64,000 bases of DNA from Anolis carolinensis (lineage: Eukaryota), in NCBI RefSeq assembly GCF_035594765.1, contig NC_085845.1, positions 188,806,897-188,870,896 of the forward strand, given 5' to 3'. Below, one piece after another: positions 48,501 to 58,951 of this stretch. Numbering within the stretch: the first letter of the stretch is position 1; the number at the start of each line of letters is the position of its first letter. The notes beneath the pieces were generated by a model. The model had not been told where the DNA came from and searched no databases. It saw only the letters and a program-made list of their open reading frames with translations. The position numbers and the translations under genes are program-made.

Positions 48501-51500
48501 AATGTGAATCATTACTGGAGTGTAGTGTGGAGCATATGTTAGATAAGAAAACACTAAGGGCAAGTGGAGATATGGAGTGCCTTGCTTCTATTCTTTTCAG
48601 TTTCAACTACCTGAATAGACCATAAAAGATAGGAGATCTGAACGGCAGCCTTTTAGTAGGAAAAGACAATTTAAAACATGTTTACATTTTGCCCAAAGTA
48701 TTTCAAGTACATCAGTTCAAGCTGTCTTTGCTATATAATATTCATAAAAGGAATCCACACTCTGTTAGTGAATACTTGTAACAGAATGCATTAGAAAAAC
48801 CCTCTGTACGTATTGCATTCTTTTTTTTTAATAGTTCTGCTTCTTTCTCACAGTTATTCAAGGCTAAATGAATCCATTGCAAATGAGTTTCATGTTGGTA
48901 CAGGCATCCCATTCACTTCTTTTTGACCTCCTTCCCTGATGCAAGAGGCTACATAAACACAACAAATGACTGATTTAGAAAGTTGTCTGAACAATTACTA
49001 GGTTTGCTGGAGCTTTTATAAGGCAGGACTTTAAATAAGAGCTTATTCATGGTTTAGAAACACTGGCTTGTAGGCTTTCCTACATGTACACCAAAGTTAT
49101 TTTCTCCACTTTAATGCCTTTCCTCCTTTTCCATTCAGATCCAAGGGAAACAGGTTAAAAAGGAAATATAGAGGAACGGGGAGATGTCATGAGCCTGCAG
49201 AATGAACAAGACTGCCCTTTCTAGCTCTCAATCTGGCTAAACAAAAAAATGAAATGGTAAATAATTTGCAAAATCAGTTTTGTTGCGGATCTCCAGAAAC
49301 CATCAGCCTTTAAAGCTACATACTGCAATATTTATTCAAAAAAGAATTAGAAAGTTAAAAAAAAATCAAATGTCTATTTTCCCATGACATCTTAAATCCA
49401 CTGCTTATCTTGGCCTCATGGCCAGTTTAGACAACACAGTACTTTGGCTTGCATTGCGACATGAACTTATTAAGAACTACCAACAGAAAAACAACAAAAA
49501 CAAATACTGAAAAAACAAAGGTTCTGGGACAAGGATTTTCTGCTGGAAGGATGGATAAAGCTTCTGCTATGGGATAAAGCTTCACACTTGGGATGTGATG
49601 AGAAAAAAAAATTCCTTGTCACTAGAAATGGGTGGGTTGGTGGAAGAGCTGGCAAGGGATCAATGGTTTTTAATGGTTTTCATAACTTTCAGGGAAGGCA
49701 TTAGGGCAGGCATGGGCAAACTTCGGCCCTCCAGGTGTTTTGGACTCCAACTCCCACAATTCCTAACAGCCGATAGGCTGTTAGGAATTGTGGGAGTTGG
49801 AGTCCAAAACACCTGGAGGGCCGAAGTTTGCCCATGCCTGCATTAGGGACTTCCTGAGTCTTGATGGCAGTTAATTTTTCCTTAAAGATATCCACCAACA
49901 CTGATCCTTCCTTGCGGAATCATATGTCCAGTTCATATCTTCCATATTTCCCTCTGAACTTTTGCATTACAGCAACCTTCCAAGTATTTTCTTTCCATTC
50001 TTCACACTGGTCCCTTGTTCCACCCCACACTGGATAAGAGTGATCAAATATATGAACAACAAATGCAGTTATCTAATGACCACTCCTTAACGGAAGATTA
50101 ACCTTTGAGATTAAGGGAACTAAAGGTTTTGATAACAAGCAAATATAAATCCAAGATGGCATAGCTGACTGTAGAGTGCAGTGCAATTGTATTCCACTTC
50201 CACTTTGTTGTGGTTGTGTGCCTTCAAGTTGTTTCTGGCTTAGTGTGGGCTTAAGGCAACCCTAGTACAGGGTTTTCTGAGAGTGTGTGATTTGCCCAGT
50301 GGGTTTTCATGACTGGTTGAGGATATGAATCCTAATGGTGATCTCCTGAATGAGAGACCCTGTTGTCAACAACCCTGCTGAGGTCTTGCAAACTTACAAC
50401 TGTAGCTTTCAAGTGAGTCTTTCTACCTGGAACATTGTCTTTACTGCCTTTTATCTTTCCAAGCATTATTGTCTTTTCTAGTGAGTCGTATCTTCTCATG
50501 ATATATCCAAGCTATGATAGTTTGGCTTAAGTCATTTTGGCTTCTAGGGAGAATTCAGGTTTGATTTGCTCTAGGACCCATTTGCGGTATTTAGCCATTA
50601 TGTTATAACAAACCTAAAGTTTGCCATGACACATCAAGCCAACAGGCTGCAATCTAGACCCTTAGTAGCAGGTAAGGATTATTTGTTACTCTGTTTCAGT
50701 AGGCATGAAGCTGCATTAAGGTTGTCAGTTCAGGATCATCACAGGTCCCGAGGTTCTGGGCAAAAACTCAAGACCCAGAGACTATTCCTGGTGATGTAAT
50801 TAAGTGATATGCAACTACAGTTACTCTCAATTTGACATCCAAAAAGAGAAAGAGTGAGTGAGATCAATGGAGAGCGGGTACCTACACTATAGAATTAATA
50901 CAGTTTGGCACCACTTTAACTGCCATGGCTCAATGACATGGAATCATGGGATTTGTACTTTGACATGGATGGCTAAAGACCTTGTAAAACTACAACTCCT
51001 AGGAATCCATAGCATTGAGCCATGGCAGTTAAAGTGGGGTCAAAACTGCATTAATTCAACAGTGTAGATATGCACATACACAGACAAACATTTTTGGTTT
51101 AGAAATTAAATTAAACATTCAGTTAAGCCTATAATATGCAGCAAAGGGCCCCTTCCAACTCTATGATTCTATATTTTGAAGTACACACAGCAGTTTTCAA
51201 ACAATATAAAAAAGCACAACATTCTGTCTTAAGGCATGGAAAAAAAGCACAAGCAGATTCAAAATAAACTTTTGCATGCAAGCACCTGGCACAGGTCCAG
51301 CGAGTGCTAAGCAGCTCATTTTAGGGGAAGTTCAGCTATGGAAAGCTACCTTGGACAGGTCGTTTTTTGCCTTTGTATACAGTGGCATACAATACTAAGA
51401 GAAAGAAGCGAGGGGTGATGGAAGAGGCCAGAGAGCTGTCTTGGCAATGCCTACCTTCCAGGTGCCCAGCCCCACAATGGGCATCTTGGCCTTGGTGTAC

Positions 51501-51520
51501 AGCTCCACAAACTTAGCCAT
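35115..51520 (-). CDS. AKR1B10: Aldo-keto reductase family 1 member B (AKR1B10-like), complete, 316 aa, 10 exons
   Basis: Exons 51520-51455, 47772-47605, 46825-46709, 45116-45039, 42910-42788, 41833-41727, 40481-40400, 38597-38514, 36404-36322, 35157-35115 (66+168+117+78+123+107+82+84+83+43 = 951 nt), all GT-AG. Protein runs [22 protein letters not shown]...DYPFNAEY*; catalytic Asp, Tyr, Lys, His and IPKS intact. Orthology among AKR1B paralogs is not resolvable here, so the symbol means 'AKR1B10-like'. Confidence 0.92.
35507..35833 (-). mobile_element. Sauria SINE
   Basis: Reverse complement of the 19869 family. Confidence 0.8.
35883..36188. mobile_element. Tigger-like MITE (reverse orientation)
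   Basis: Same TIRs, TA TSD. Confidence 0.85.
36322..36404 (-). CDS. AKR1B10: AKR1B exon 9 ([27 protein letters not shown])
   Basis: 83 bp; GT-AG. Confidence 0.93.
36629..36722 (+). mobile_element. Short Penelope pseudo-LTR with hammerhead motif (antisense to AKR1B)
   Basis: ACCT-CTGAGGA-T-GCCTGC...ATGGGT-GAAACGTC-AGG; stem II weakened by two substitutions. Confidence 0.75.
37441..37765 (-). mobile_element. Dong/R4-clade LINE 3' end inserted in (TAA)n
   Basis: ORF end [10 protein letters not shown]...[20 protein letters not shown] plus a short 3' UTR; TAA arrays on both sides. Confidence 0.8.
38514..38597 (-). CDS. AKR1B10: AKR1B exon 8 ([28 protein letters not shown])
   Basis: 84 bp; IPKS cofactor motif. 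Confidence 0.93.
38723..39045. mobile_element. Tigger-like MITE (forward orientation)
   Basis: Same TIRs, TA TSD. Confidence 0.85.
39477..39508. repeat. (GTT)n microsatellite
   Basis: Seen directly. Confidence 0.9.
40400..40481 (-). CDS. AKR1B10: AKR1B exon 7 ([27 protein letters not shown])
   Basis: 82 bp; GT-AG. Confidence 0.93.
41022..41272 (-). mobile_element. tRNA-derived SINE (Anolis SINE2-like), diverged
   Basis: Homologous to the 6535 copy. Confidence 0.7.
41727..41833 (-). CDS. AKR1B10: AKR1B exon 6 ([12 protein letters not shown]...[11 protein letters not shown])
   Basis: 107 bp; GT-AG. Confidence 0.93.
42788..42910 (-). CDS. AKR1B10: AKR1B exon 5 ([20 protein letters not shown]...ANNQ)
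   Basis: 123 bp; GT-AG. Confidence 0.93.
42980..43722 (-). mobile_element. L2-clade LINE 3' portion
   Basis: [24 protein letters not shown]...KLQL...AAVRILTG (L2 post-RT region) and (TAAA)n tail. Short L2 3' ends also at about 410, 2620-2960, 16900, 27830, 37320, 40650, 44745 and 60020. Confidence 0.8.
43858..44138 (+). mobile_element. tRNA-derived SINE (Anolis SINE2-like)
   Basis: GGAGCCCCTGGTGG head, GGTTCGAATCC B box, A tail. Confidence 0.8.
45039..45116 (-). CDS. AKR1B10: AKR1B exon 4 ([12 protein letters not shown]...LETWE)
   Basis: 78 bp; GT-AG. Confidence 0.92.
45870..46631. mobile_element. Non-autonomous hAT element with SPIN/URR1-like ends and foreign internal sequence
   Basis: TIR CAGTGGTTCTCAAC / GTTGAGAAACACT; 8-bp TSD ATCTAGTC; inserted in a CR1 3' tail. 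Confidence 0.8.
46709..46825 (-). CDS. AKR1B10: AKR1B exon 3 (LWSTFHEK...[16 protein letters not shown])
   Basis: 117 bp; catalytic His. Confidence 0.93.
47605..47772 (-). CDS. AKR1B10: AKR1B exon 2 (SQPGQV...[14 protein letters not shown]...FIVSK)
   Basis: 168 bp; catalytic Asp, Tyr and Lys. Confidence 0.93.
47908..48242 (-). mobile_element. Sauria SINE
   Basis: Full length with (ACCTTT)n tail. Confidence 0.85.
49707..49840. mobile_element. Palindromic hAT MITE
   Basis: 65-bp perfect arms, 4-nt loop, 8-bp TSD CATTAGGG. Confidence 0.9.
50335..50585 (-). mobile_element. RTE/BovB-type LINE 3' fragment
   Basis: [17 protein letters not shown]...[17 protein letters not shown] on minus. Confidence 0.7.
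51455..51520 (-). CDS. AKR1B10: AKR1B exon 1 ([22 protein letters not shown])
   Basis: Kozak-like GCCATGG; |gtaggc. Confidence 0.93.
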
Positions 51521-51592
51521 GGCTCCTCTCTCGTCTGAAGCCTGGCAGGAAACACACCACTAGCTGAAACAACCACAGCAATGCACTCTTTG

Positions 51593-51602
51593 GCTGAGTC
51601 AC
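51593..51602 (-). promoter_or_regulatory. Antioxidant response element (NRF2/AP-1 site) upstream of AKR1B
   Basis: GTGACTCAGC on minus, an exact RTGACnnnGC match with embedded TGACTCA, about 75 bp 5' of the ATG. Confidence 0.6.
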
Positions 51603-53133
51603 GGCAAGAAGCCTGTTACATAAGCCACAGCCCCTCCTTGGCAAATGGGAGAGGAGCTGGAGAAATGCCCAGATAATATTTCCTTTGAGGAAGGAGCATC
51701 CTTTCAAACAGGCATTGAATGCTGCACTCTTCGGCCTGGGCTGTATCTACGCTGTGTGGATATGCGCTTTTGATATCACTTTAACAGCCATGGCTCGGTG
51801 CTATGGGATCATACGAGCTATAGATTTATAAGGTCTTTAGCCTTCTCTGCCAGAGAGTGCAGGTGCCTCACCAAACTGCAAACCACAGAACTCCCTAGTA
51901 TTGAGACATGGCAACCACATTCCTGTCCATCTGCATTAATTTTACAGTGTAAATGCAGCCCTGATGAGCTTTGGCTTAGACTGGTTCAAAAGAGCTGCGT
52001 CTTTCTGAGAAGGTACGTGTTATGCCAGCTTTCAAAGTTGGCAAATGGTGGTACGGAACTGAATAGGAGTGCCATACCTTGGCTCAGCCACAGATCAGAG
52101 TGGAGAGTAGAGTCATGAAATCAGAAGAAGACTAGGGGTGCATCTACACAAGAATTAATGTAGTTTGATACCACTTTGGGTGCATCTACACCACAGAAAT
52201 AATGCTGATTGATGTTCTTTTCATGGCCATGGCTCAGTGCTATGGGAGTTTATTCCCTGTCCAGCCTTCACAACTATAGATAGAACTGGAGAATACATTG
52301 ACATGGACCTTCCTCACTTCAGCATTTGGTGATATATCTTTACATTTAAGTTTTTTGAATGTCACCTAGTGTCCATTTTAGACATTCATACCAATCTGTT
52401 GTGCAGTATTTAAAATAGACACTGCAGAAGATGCTTCAGCTGTAATTCATATAAAGGAAAATCTTTCCTGGTTCAGCAGTTTCAGTTTGGTAGATGGAGT
52501 GAAAGTTCCCATGATTCATGAGAGGGACAAGTGATGGGTGAGGAAGTCCTCGACCTCTTTCATGTAAGCTCCTTCAAGAGCTTTCTTTGCTGTCTAGGAG
52601 CTGTGTACCTGAATTCCTGAAAGAAGGCAAGAGCAGATGAGGAAGCATGGAATTATCTGGTGTTTTGGTAAATCTGATGTGCCTCATTCTGCAGGTTGGA
52701 AGGGAATCATTGGATATTTGGCAAGCAGGCTGCTACTGGTGGAACATTATCATTATTAGGAATATTACGATGGTTCATGTGTCTGCCTGCCAAGACGTTA
52801 TTGTTATTTTTATTTACCTTCAGGTTACGTATTCCTGACCCTAAAGCTCCTTCTACAGGTTATCTGGCAGTGTAGACTCACATAATCCAGGTCAAAGCAG
52901 ATAATCTGGGGTCAGATCCTGGTATATAGGGTAGTGTAGAAGGGCCATAAGACAAACTTATTATGGGTTTTTCTCTGGCTAAGAGTGTGTGACTTACCAA
53001 AGTCTCTCAGTGGGTTTTCATGGCTGAATGGGGATTCAAACCCCATTCTTCAGAGTCGTAGTTCAATGCTCAAGCATGGACCATAGTTCAGCACCAAGGG
53101 GTCTCTTACTCAAAGCAGGTGAAAGTATTCTGC

Positions 53134-53135
<2 letters not shown>

Positions 53136-53183
<48 letters not shown>
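53136..53183. repeat. (TTA)n microsatellite
   Basis: Seen directly. Confidence 0.9.
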
Positions 53184-54821
53184 CAATAATAATAATTTTA
53201 CATTCTCTTCCAACAGAAGTGAGCAAGTGCAGCCATTCAGAATTTTTTAAAGTCTACAATTCCTAGTTTGCATAGGCAATGGTGAAGAGTTATGAAGGCT
53301 GCAGTCCAAAAACCTCTGGTGCAGATATTTAAAAATTCTAGATGAAGCTTAGGTTGCAACCCTGTTAATATGTGAAGAATTATTCTTCTTTCATTTCCAA
53401 AGAATTCAAAAGACCTAGTCGAAGTTCATACTAGGAGAAAAGTTTGCTCAAACTGGGAGACAGGTCTTGTTGCAGACTTTTTCTGGCAGGGAATATACTA
53501 AATACAGTTGGCTCCCCATTCCACCATCCTTAGCTTGAAAATATACACATACATTACATACATACATACATATGCTCAGAAAAGCAAACCTTTGATTTTG
53601 CCATTTCATGTAAGGAATACCATTTTACTATGCCACTATATACAATGGGACTTGTGCATTTTAAAAAAATTGGGATCCACGAAGGGTCCCAGAATAAAAT
53701 CCGAGCAGAATAAAATCCGAGCAGAATAATATCCCGCTGTATTCTTCCTGTTCATTTTCTTAAGCAGCAATTGATCTCATGTCTGCCATTCTCTATAGTT
53801 GCTGCAATCTCAGCTAAGGAAGAGAGAACTGAAGCATTTCTCAAAGGGTCGGTAGAGGGCAGCCTTCAAGAACAAAATAGCATCCAGCAATAACTTAATA
53901 ACATAATTTGAAAATAAAAACATTTTCCTTTCAAACAATTTCAAAGTAACAGGAAACTGCATGGGGAAAATTTTTGATATTAAGCTCACTAAATCATTTT
54001 AGAGTTCATTTAAACTGTAGAATTAATGCAGTTTGATATCAGTTTAACTGCTATGAAATCATAGGAGTAGTTTTTGCAATACTTTAGCCCTCTCCGCCAA
54101 AAAGAGCTGGTACTTCAAAAAACAACTCTCAAGACTCTACAGCATTTAGCCAAGATAGTTAAAGGGGTGACAAACTGCATAAATCTTAGTGTAGATGCAC
54201 CCTTAGAGATACTATTATTCACCCATCTCATCTTCAGCTTCTTGGAGGCCAAATCTATCTCTTCCTTGTGCTGAAAGTCAGGATGGCTCCACTTTGGCAA
54301 AGGACAGCATTAAGGCAGACTTCTTCAATCACAGGCAGGTACTACCTTTATTGCAATAGCTACACATGTTTAATCTGTTTTCCTGGCTAAATGTTTCACT
54401 AGGATTGTGAGAAGAGAGAATTTGACAATAAATATTTTTGACAGTGGTCCTAATAATGTAACAGAATGTAATTGTAGTCCTAATAAATGTCACGGGCGAC
54501 TTTAGACCAGGCTAGCTTGCTTTTTATAGAGTAAAACAGGTATCTATGTTGATTACCTAGTTCTGGAAATTAAACAAAGGTATGTGCCTGGAATCCTTGC
54601 GGTGCAATCTAGGGCTTTTGATGCTGGGAATGAAATAAGACTTCACTCTGTAGAATATTCTATTGGGTTTTGATTTAACTTTATTTCAGTGTTTACAGGG
54701 CCCTCTACTGTCAGTATTATGAATTACATATCCTAATTTAGAACCCATCAACGAGGCTGAAAGGTGTTATTCTTGCTTTATACTGACCTACACTGTAGTA
54801 TTCATGCAGTTTGCCACTAAC

Positions 54822-55611
54822 TGTTAGGTGATTTTAGCTCTGCGAAAATAGTGGGTTTAGAAGCCTGGAATGTCTAGCTAATCCAGAAGGCCAAACAGAC
54901 ACTGATGGGTTCGAAGGCAAAAACAAAGGTTTTTATTCTTCCCGAGTAGAAAGAATGTCAGAGGAGTCTGTGCTCCCAAAGAATGACATACCCCAACAGT
55001 AAATTTGATAGAAAGAAGAAGAAGAAGGTACAGAACAATTGAAAATTACCACTCTGGTTTCCCATTGATCTGGGAGGGTACTATCTAGGGTTCACAGCCT
55101 CATTGGAGGAGGTGCGGGTTTGCTTCTGTATCTGAACCAAAGGTGAGGTCGGAAATTTAATAAATTGTCATTTATGGATTTGAGGTCCTTTGAGTCCTTC
55201 CCAGACACTGGGTGCATCAGGATGGAATGCAGTTTGGTTGGTGATTGGTGGGTCATGATGGTCTAATGCCAGCTAGGCAAAGGAGGTGCTGGCCGAGGGA
55301 CAAAAGGTATTTAAGGTGCAGTTACATACAATGGAGGACTCATGGAGGGGATCTGGATAGGTGTTATATATGAGGCAATGTTCCCAGGGCTACCTGAGAT
55401 CATATCATGCCAGAAGACAAAGGAAATTGGATTGAGGTGATTTTCTCTGGGTGAGGGTGGAGCAAGGGCGAGCTGAATTGATTGAAAGGATACTTTTTAA
55501 GGCAGTTAGAAATGCCTGTGTGGCTAGCTATATTTTCCATTGGAACCATGTTTCATTATTCCTATATTTTCTATAATTCATATTATTGGGGGATCTGATT
55601 TCCTGATGACA
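54822..55611 (-). mobile_element. Probable solo LTR inserted in a palindromic MITE
   Basis: About 790 bp interrupts the MITE; TGTTAGG...CCTGATGACA ends; minus-strand TATA-like TTAAATA at about 55310 followed by AATAAA at about 54935. No clean TSD. Confidence 0.45.
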
Positions 55612-56814
55612 CCACTTTACCTGCCATGGGTCGATGGAATCCTGGAAGTTGTGGCTTTACAAAGCCTTTAGCCTTCTCTGCCCAAAATTGTTGGTGTCTC
55701 AGCAAACTACAAATCTCAGGATTTCATAGCATTGAGTCATGACGCTTGCGGTGGTATCAAACTGCATTAATTCTGCAATGTAGAAGCAATCTCAGATACA
55801 TCTTTGCTCATTCAAGAAACCTTCCCAAGAAATTTTCAATATGCCTCTCTTAGGAGCATGGAAAATTTCAGATGCAAAGTGAGAGCTTCCAGAATGCTGA
55901 GAGCAAGCAAGGACAGCTATAACAAGTTACTGTGTTGATCTGTCTGCATAAAAGTGAAACAGAGACATAATGTCTCTAAGATCCTGAAAACTGAAAGGAT
56001 TCTTAGAAATGTTGTTTCTAACTGCCTTGCAGCTCATGTTTAGTTTTATGCTGAAAACATCACAGGACACTACACAGTACATTTCCCAAAATCTATGATG
56101 GTTAAGGGCATTCACTTTCTAATTTTTTAAAATGATCATAGTTTGAAGTGAGTGAAAGAAAGGGCAGCCACTGGGCCTGTCTTTAATTCCCTTTTCTTCC
56201 AAAATGAGAGTAATAGAGTAATAGCATAGCATACAATCTGACTATTTTGATTTGGTAGGGATAGTCACAATAAATCCACTGCTGTGACATTTTTTTCAGC
56301 TTCTTTGAAAATGTCTCAGTTTCTCTTTCCTCCCATTTGCCTTCTGTGTCAATTGTTTGCTGCAAATTAAGTTACACTCCATTAATTCAATATGAAAGGA
56401 GAGGAGTGGTAGACTGTTGCCTTTCCTGGCAGATTCAGGCAACGCAAACCACCTCAACCTTTCTTTGATTGTCTGTTCTCCCTCATTAATAACTCTTGCA
56501 ATCTTGACCACACTACAAAACAATTTTATTGATCAGCCAATTAGCCTTATCAAAATAGAGAATATAAACATTAAAGTGTAACAGCTGAAATATACATTTT
56601 TTTAAAAAAGGAATTAAATTCAAGACTCTTAAATAAAACACTCATTTAAACCAATTTGAAACACATTGAAACTCACCCCTTGCATTACCCAACCAAATAA
56701 AAAATTGAATGGCTATTAAATAGGAAGGTCTTGGCATCCTGGTGGGAGGAGAGCAGGGATGAGGCCAACTCAGCTTCCCTTGGCAGAGGGTTCCATAGTC
56801 TGGAAGCAGCCACT

Positions 56815-57034
56815 GGGTGCATTTACACTAGAATTAATGCAGTTTGACCCCACTTTAACTGTTATGACTCAATGCTATGGGATCTTGGGATCTGTTGTTT
56901 TACAAGGTCCTTACCCTTCTCTGGCAAAATGTGCTTGTACTTTGCCAAATTACAGCTCCAAGGATTCTATAGCATTGAGCCATGACAGATAAAGTAGTGT
57001 CAAACTGCATTAATTCTACAGAGTAGATGCACCC
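56815..57034. mobile_element. Palindromic MITE (GGGTGCATCTACAC termini, Harbinger-like). Further copies at about 28370, 28905, 29440-31475 (split by the RTE), 32365-32586, 47367, 50876-51075, 51738-51962, 52137, 54005-54203 and 54785-55790 (split)
   Basis: Long inverted arms shared by more than ten copies; superfamily assignment is tentative. Confidence 0.7.
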
Positions 57035-57376
57035 ATTGAGAAGGGTCTTTCTGGAGTCTGACCAAACATAGTCTAGGCTATGGGTGGACAACTTCCCAGT
57101 TCTCTTGACTTGGATAATTATTAGTTCTTCTTTCACTGAGATTTCAGGGCTAAACCTTGATGCCAGAGGAGGAAACCTTGAAATGCTTTATAGCCAGATC
57201 CTTGGCTGTCAAAAAGTGGAGAAAGACTTGCTTCTGGGTCAGCAGATTATGCAAATGTTTGTGAGGACAGTTTAGATCAGAGGGTTGTTGTGAGTTTTCT
57301 AGGCTGTTTAGATCAGAGTTTCCCAAATGGTGCTCCCCCAGATGTTTTGGACTTCAGCTCCCACAATTCCTAACAG

Positions 57377-57628
57377 CTGACTCTGGGGGTTGGTGCTCAT
57401 CTCCATTTCTAAGCCGAAGAGCCGGCATTGTCCGTAGACACCTCCAAGAACATGTGGCTGGCATGACTGCATGGAGCGTTGTTACTTTCCCGCCGGAGCC
57501 GTACCTATTGATCTACTCACATTGGCATGTTTTTGAACTGCTAGGCTGGCAGAAGCTGGAGCAACAGCGGGTGCTCACTCCGCTCCCGGGATTTGAACCT
57601 GTGACCTTTTGGTCTGCAAGTTCAGCAG
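57377..57628 (-). mobile_element. Sauria SINE, truncated
   Basis: Internal homology to the 47908 copy. Confidence 0.75.
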
Positions 57629-58358
57629 TCTAATTGTCCTAATTTGACATGGACATCTCTGATTAATTGTATTTCATCCAACTTGTTAAGATGCTTTTAA
57701 AATGTCCCAGCTTCTCTCTGCTCATCCCACTTTCCATCTTTGGATCTCTTCACACATCCCTCCCCGCTGTACTGTTTTGCCAGAAGTCATGGGGCATCTT
57801 GCATGGGGTGCCTCGTGGCACCCCGTGTGCCCTTCCTCCTTCCCCCATCAGACAGGGAGAACGGGACTAGGCGTGTTGGTGTTCTGTCCCTGTCCCCATC
57901 AGATGAAAGGCGGCAACACGCATTGCCCTTTCCCCCATCAGATAGGAAAAAAAAACCCAACAAAAATGTGGGTAGTTCTGTCGGAGGACTTTTCCAGTTC
58001 TTGTCTTTTCCATCTACTGAAGTTGGAGGTTTTCCCTGACGTTGGACTTATGTGCATATTTTTATTGGCAATTGCATGCAGACCTCCCCTTTTGCACAGC
58101 ATCTCTTAACCAGCTCCAGGTCATATTTCTGTATACCTCATTGCAAATTCCTTCAAAAAAAGAAAAAAAAGAAATTGTTATTGAGAAATTATATCCCTCA
58201 AAATATGAATTAAATACAATTATTCAAATCTCCATGAATTGACAGATCCCCAGTCCTGCAAACTGCTAGGGGGCTGTTTCCTCTGACTCACTTCTTCTTT
58301 ATTCATCAAAGCTCACCCTGGGAAGCCACCCGGCTACATAACAAATTTATATAATCCT

Positions 58359-58951
58359 CAGGGCCGGTTTAACCCATACGGCCGCTGAAGCGCCCGCCTC
58401 GGGCGCACGCCGCTAGGGGCGCTGTCGAGGCGTCGACAGCGCCCCCGTAGCGCCGCCGATGCTGCCGCTGCGCCGCCGCCGTTTGGCTCAACGGCCTTGC
58501 AGCCTGGGCTCAACACAGGCGCAGATCGCCAGCCGATCTGTGCCTGCGTTGAGCAGGCAGGGAGGAAATGGGCGATCTGTCCCGTGCGCACGCGCGCGGG
58601 GCAGATCGCCCATTTCCATGCTGCCTGCTCAACGCAGGCGCAGATCGGCTGACGATCTGCGCCTGCGTTGAGCAGGCAGCATGGAAATGGGCGATCTGTC
58701 CCGTGCGCACGCGCGCGGGGCAGATCGCCCATTTCCATGGTGCCTGCTCAACGCAGGCACAGATCGCCAGCTGATCTGTGCCTGCGTTGAGCAGGTAGGG
58801 CGGAAATGGGTGATCTGTCCTGTGCGCATGCGTGCAGGGCAGATCACCCATTTCCACGGAGCCTGCTTTCTCGGTGATTGAGGTTTTTTGGGGGGGGGGG
58901 CACCAAAATCCTTTTTCGCTTACACTTGAAAATTTCCTTGGGCCGGCTCTG
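58359..58951. mobile_element. Non-autonomous hAT element with an internal GC-rich palindrome array
   Basis: Termini CAGGGCCGG / CCGGCTCTG; perfect 8-bp TSD ATAATCCT (58351-58358 and 58952-58959). Confidence 0.88.

Noticed and set aside
52470-52512. ISRE- and NF-kB-like words upstream of AKR1B, and TonE-like TGGAAANNYNY at about 51339 and 55859
   Set aside because: Short imperfect matches expected by chance; no conservation evidence available.
57840-57945. Three CCCCATCAGA repeats
   Set aside because: Irregular spacing, no termini or TSD found; probably a decayed repeat.
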